In this document: in pieces, positions 60,912 through 64,000 of the stretch
How positions within the stretch are numbered: position 1 is the first letter of the stretch
Layout: the number at the start of each line of letters is the position of its first letter
DNA from: a virus
Strand: one strand, 5' to 3'
DNA: 64,000 nt
Virus record (IMG/VR): IMGVR_UViG_3300025646_000028
Location: 1-64,000 of that record
Made by a program: the position numbers and the translations under genes
Notes under the pieces: generated by a model
Database searches by the model: none
The model's input: only the letters and a program-made list of their open reading frames with translations
What the model was told of the DNA's origin: nothing

Positions 60912-61177
60912 CCGATACTAGGATCCCAACCACCATCATCATCTTCGTAAGGATCTTCTTCAAAAAGTTCTACGTCTTCAAACTCTGGATCAGGTACGTC
61001 TACTTCGTCATCTAAAACTTTAAAAAAGTCAGGATTTGTTTCTTTAATAGTAGAGACTTCTAAACTGTAATGACACTTACGGCAAATATAGATATCAATA
61101 ACTTTATCCATACCTGCAATTTTACTAGCCAATAAATTAAAATCTGTACCACCGCAGTTTTTACAAACCTTACTCAT
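60908..61177 (-). CDS. Zn-ribbon protein with acidic tail
   Basis: CKNC...CRKC; AAGGAGG RBS before ATG 61177. Confidence 0.65.
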   Translation of the reverse strand: MSKVCKNCGGTDFNLLASKIAGMDKVIDIYICRKCHYSLEVSTIKETNPDFFKVLDDEVDVPDPEFEDVELFEEDPYEDDDGGWDPSIG

Positions 61178-61625
61178 CTTCACGAACCTCCTTAGCAAGA
61201 TCTTCAATAAAGCGTTTATGATCTTCGGCTTCGGCTTCTGTCATTTCTGTGACAGTATATTGTTGATGCTGAATTGATTCTTGAATAAATCGAATGTCAG
61301 GAAACAAATTTTTAAGTGTATCATCGAACACTTTAGCAACCGCATCATGAATTGCTTTACGGCTTTGGTACAATGCGTTGTCTTTTTCTTCTTTAAAGAT
61401 ATAGACTTTGGCACTGATCTCTGCTTCTGTTGCAGGACGTAGGACAGGAATGTCAGCTAGTACTGCCGTAAGTCCTAAGTTAATAGAACTTAATACTGCG
61501 CTAAGGTATGGTTTGATATCTTCAGAGTTTCCACGCTTGATGCGCGGCAAGATCTTACTTTCAATCGTACCTTTTGTTGCGTCAGCTACGTATGAAATAC
61601 GTATAACGTCGGTTTTGTTTGGCAC
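61170..61625 (-). CDS. Hypothetical protein (151 aa)
   Basis: AAAGGAGG RBS before GTG 61625; own promoter. Confidence 0.7.
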   Translation of the reverse strand: MPNKTDVIRISYVADATKGTIESKILPRIKRGNSEDIKPYLSAVLSSINLGLTAVLADIPVLRPATEAEISAKVYIFKEEKDNALYQSRKAIHDAVAKVFDDTLKNLFPDIRFIQESIQHQQYTVTEMTEAEAEDHKRFIEDLAKEVREDE

Positions 61626-61649
61626 AATAATGCCTCCTTTACTATCTTT

Positions 61650-61689
61650 ATTATAGCACAAAAAAACACAATGTGTAAAAACATTGTGC
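61650..61689 (-). promoter_or_regulatory. Overlapping terminator (after portal) and sigmaA promoter TTTACA-18-TATAAT with TG extension
   Basis: CACAATGT/ACATTGTG hairpin with T-tract overlapping TGCTATAAT. Confidence 0.65.
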
Positions 61690-61703
61690 ATTTTGTGTAA
61701 AGT

Positions 61704-63443
61704 TTACTTAAAGCCTTGACCCATTGAAGGATTTTGTTCCATTGCGTTCTTTTCTTCGATAAGAATGGTAATGGCTTGTTGTGCGGCTTGTTCTTCAGAT
61801 AATCCTTGAGACAGCAATCGACTAAAGATAGACGCAAAGTTTGTAAGATCTGCCACCAAAGTTTCAGCAATATTATCTTGGCTTTCTTTTTCAAGACGTT
61901 GTAAGAACAAATCTTTTTGTGGAAAGTCAGAGAATCGTACAAGATCTTGTGGTGTAATAATTTGTGGGTTGATTTGATACTGTGCTTGCATTTCATACAG
62001 TGCTTTAGCAGAATCAAACAAGTTAGCTTGGTTCATTGGTAGCAGTGTGGATGCAGCAATGTGATAATCAAAACGTAAACCTTGTTCACGCATTTCATTA
62101 AAACGTAATTCGTTTTGATCAACAACACGATTAGTACCTGTCGCAGAAAGTTTAGGCACTGTATATGTACGGTCACCTCCGTACGCAAAATAATAATCAA
62201 TAACTAACTTTGTAAGATCTTCACAAAATTCTTCTAACAACGTAATACGCGAGTTATCTGTAAGCATTGTGACACGCGCTTGGAATGCCTGCGTCGCACC
62301 GGTTGTTTGAATACTGTTTGTCATACGTCCTTTATAGTAAGGGTCAACACCGGTTACTTGAAAGATAGAATTTTCTAAACGTTGTTTAATTGGACTTAAG
62401 TCAGGAATCACAGGCACGTCTACATAGTTGACAATGTTACGCGGATCACCCTTTGTTTCAAAAGATGCACCAGGCGTGTTACCGTAGTCTGCAAACGAGC
62501 GCATATTAATACGGCCATCTGTGTTAACAAATCGTACGCGATTAAGTACGCGATAAGGTTGAGTTGCTTCCATTGAGTCAAGCATGTTAAGTGCAATGAC
62601 GGTGTTAAGAATCTTTGTTAACTTAGAATTACCGTACGGATTACCATCAGGACGTTGTGGCGTGTAGCACACAATAGGGAAACGTTTCAAAGGAAGATCT
62701 AAGTTTTCATAAATGATTTGATCTTCGTTAATAATAAAGACTTGGTCGATGTTGCCTTCTTCGTTACGAATAAAACATTCAATAAGCGATACAGTTTTGT
62801 TACCTGTCGTTGTATTGTTTTCATAACCAGCAAGACGGTTGTTTTGCGTCTTGTCACTCAGTACATTACGATGTGCTTTTTCATAAGCTGTTACAGCGTC
62901 TTTAAACTTTTCGTACTTCTTAAGCGAATCAATATTAACTGCACGTTCAATAAAAATAGCTTCACCATCTTTATACGAATCAACACTTGGATCAAAGTAA
63001 AGTTCTTCTGGTGATAATGCTTTAAGTTTGATGTGTCCTTTTTGAGCATCCCAGTCAACACGCATAGCACCTAAGTTATAAAGCTCTGCGTTTTCACCAA
63101 CATGTAAAAATTTATTCTTCATACCCCAGTGATTCCAATGGTATGCGATAAAAGCATTTAAAGCTTCTACTTGTTTTTCATCTTTTGCAAAACGAGGAGT
63201 GACAGTACCAATAAACGCACCGCTATAAATAGAGTTTAAATATCCTTGCACCACGTATTCAAAGTAGTTCCAGTCAGGAGTAATCGTATATTCTTTTAGA
63301 TTCTTTTTAAAGTAAGCCCAAAACTCGCCTTTATAAAGCGAGCGAATAATACGCCACTCCCGCAATGTACCTTGCTTGAATGCACGATACTCATCAAACA
63401 TTGTTTTTAAAGTAAACAAATCATACTTAAATTTTTCTGCCAT
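61704..63443 (-). CDS. Portal protein (P22/N4-like podovirus type)
   Basis: 579 aa; LYFDP, RFPIVCY, PYGNS, QVTGV and TTGAT motifs; position upstream of head genes. Confidence 0.8.
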   Translation of the reverse strand: MAEKFKYDLFTLKTMFDEYRAFKQGTLREWRIIRSLYKGEFWAYFKKNLKEYTITPDWNYFEYVVQGYLNSIYSGAFIGTVTPRFAKDEKQVEALNAFIAYHWNHWGMKNKFLHVGENAELYNLGAMRVDWDAQKGHIKLKALSPEELYFDPSVDSYKDGEAIFIERAVNIDSLKKYEKFKDAVTAYEKAHRNVLSDKTQNNRLAGYENNTTTGNKTVSLIECFIRNEEGNIDQVFIINEDQIIYENLDLPLKRFPIVCYTPQRPDGNPYGNSKLTKILNTVIALNMLDSMEATQPYRVLNRVRFVNTDGRINMRSFADYGNTPGASFETKGDPRNIVNYVDVPVIPDLSPIKQRLENSIFQVTGVDPYYKGRMTNSIQTTGATQAFQARVTMLTDNSRITLLEEFCEDLTKLVIDYYFAYGGDRTYTVPKLSATGTNRVVDQNELRFNEMREQGLRFDYHIAASTLLPMNQANLFDSAKALYEMQAQYQINPQIITPQDLVRFSDFPQKDLFLQRLEKESQDNIAETLVADLTNFASIFSRLLSQGLSEEQAAQQAITILIEEKNAMEQNPSMGQGFK

Positions 63444-63871
63444 TATTTATTACCTTCTTTCTTTTCAGGTAAAGGACCGTACATAATTTCTTGTAAGGTT
63501 TTATTAATAGCATCTGCTTGGCGTTGAGTGCTATTGATAATTGCTTCTTCAATTTCTTGTTGACGAAGCTTTTCTTTTTTGACAGCTTCTTCTGCTGCTT
63601 GCTCTGCTAAGATTTTTTGAGCAACATCTTCGTCTTCCCCTAGTGTGTTACCATGTTGAGCAGTTTCAATAGCTTCCTGAACTTCTTTTAAAGAATAAGT
63701 AATGTCTCCATCATTGTCGGGTTCTTTACTTCGGGATCCACGCACCGAGCGGTTTGTTGAAGTTTTCTTCTTCGTCTTCATTAGCTTCGTCATAAACACT
63801 ACTTGCATGGATAACACTACTGTTACCAGTATAAGTGATATTGTTAGCAAAGCCATTACGATCATTTCCAC
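63443..63871 (-). CDS. Single-TM protein upstream of portal
   Basis: N-terminal hydrophobic helix; AAGGAG RBS before GTG 63871; TAATG-coupled to portal. Confidence 0.6.
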   Translation of the reverse strand: MEMIVMALLTISLILVTVVLSMQVVFMTKLMKTKKKTSTNRSVRGSRSKEPDNDGDITYSLKEVQEAIETAQHGNTLGEDEDVAQKILAEQAAEEAVKKEKLRQQEIEEAIINSTQRQADAINKTLQEIMYGPLPEKKEGNK

Positions 63872-63918
63872 GATTGTTATTCTCCTTAAGCGGGTCAAAA
63901 TATGTCCCTGTATTTTTT

Positions 63919-63927
63919 ATTATAGCA
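63919..63927 (-). promoter_or_regulatory. Extended -10 promoter TGCTATAAT for the portal operon
   Basis: Perfect TGnTATAAT in intergenic DNA. Confidence 0.6.
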
Positions 63928-64000
63928 CTCTTTTGTTTATCGTGTATGAAACTTTTTCCACTAGGTAAGTATACATTAAGTTTTAATTCTTGTAAATTAT

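Noticed and set aside
44495-63968. Short nested or antisense ORFs within tail, scaffold and portal genes, including 61586..62017
   Set aside because: They overlap well-supported genes, lack RBSs and show no recognisable motifs
1-64000. Alternative genetic code, integrase/lysogeny module, or diversity-generating retroelement
   Set aside because: Genes are intact under code 11 with TGA/TAG used as coupled stops; no recombinase, repressor pair or reverse transcriptase motifs were seen

Overview
The window is most of an AT-rich tailed-phage genome (podovirus-like, genetic code 11) with two convergent arms meeting at about 15.5 kb. The + arm (about 0.6-15.4 kb) starts with a repeat- and hairpin-rich non-coding end. 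It then carries many small early genes, a degenerate DprA-like protein, a MoxR AAA+/vWA pair and a replication module: Zn-finger/TOPRIM primase, SSB-like protein, SF2 helicase, family A DNA polymerase, PD-(D/E)XK nuclease and Sak4-like ATPase. The - arm (about 63.9 to 15.5 kb) is the virion module: portal, GNAT, HTH, scaffold, a head-tail adaptor fused to BspA-type LRRs, a nozzle-like tail protein, a Prp-motif ejection protein, membrane proteins, three tail-fibre proteins, seven tiny basic proteins, an N4-gp56-type major capsid protein and a 7903-aa giant protein. No terminase, integrase, tRNA, CRISPR array or recognisable endolysin is visible. The main observation is that the apparently cysteine-free giant protein contains, in one chain and in the correct order, motifs matching both catalytic barrels of cellular-type two-barrel RNA polymerase (GNK...FKG, VNSRG, GK...KRIDG, RSP, GADNDGD). 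It also has a DEDD-type exonuclease domain, N-terminal membrane-like helices and a basic C-terminal tail, so it is a candidate injected virion RNA polymerase/DNA-delivery machine. The late arm uses host sigmaA-like extended -10 promoters, whereas the earliest region shows hairpins and a repeated TATACT motif. Host clues (Prp motif, Mollicute/Erysipelotrichia-style DprA, BspA LRR, TGnTATAAT promoters, no lysin) point to Bacillota, possibly a wall-less code-11 lineage. All family calls come from reading motifs by eye; no searches were run.
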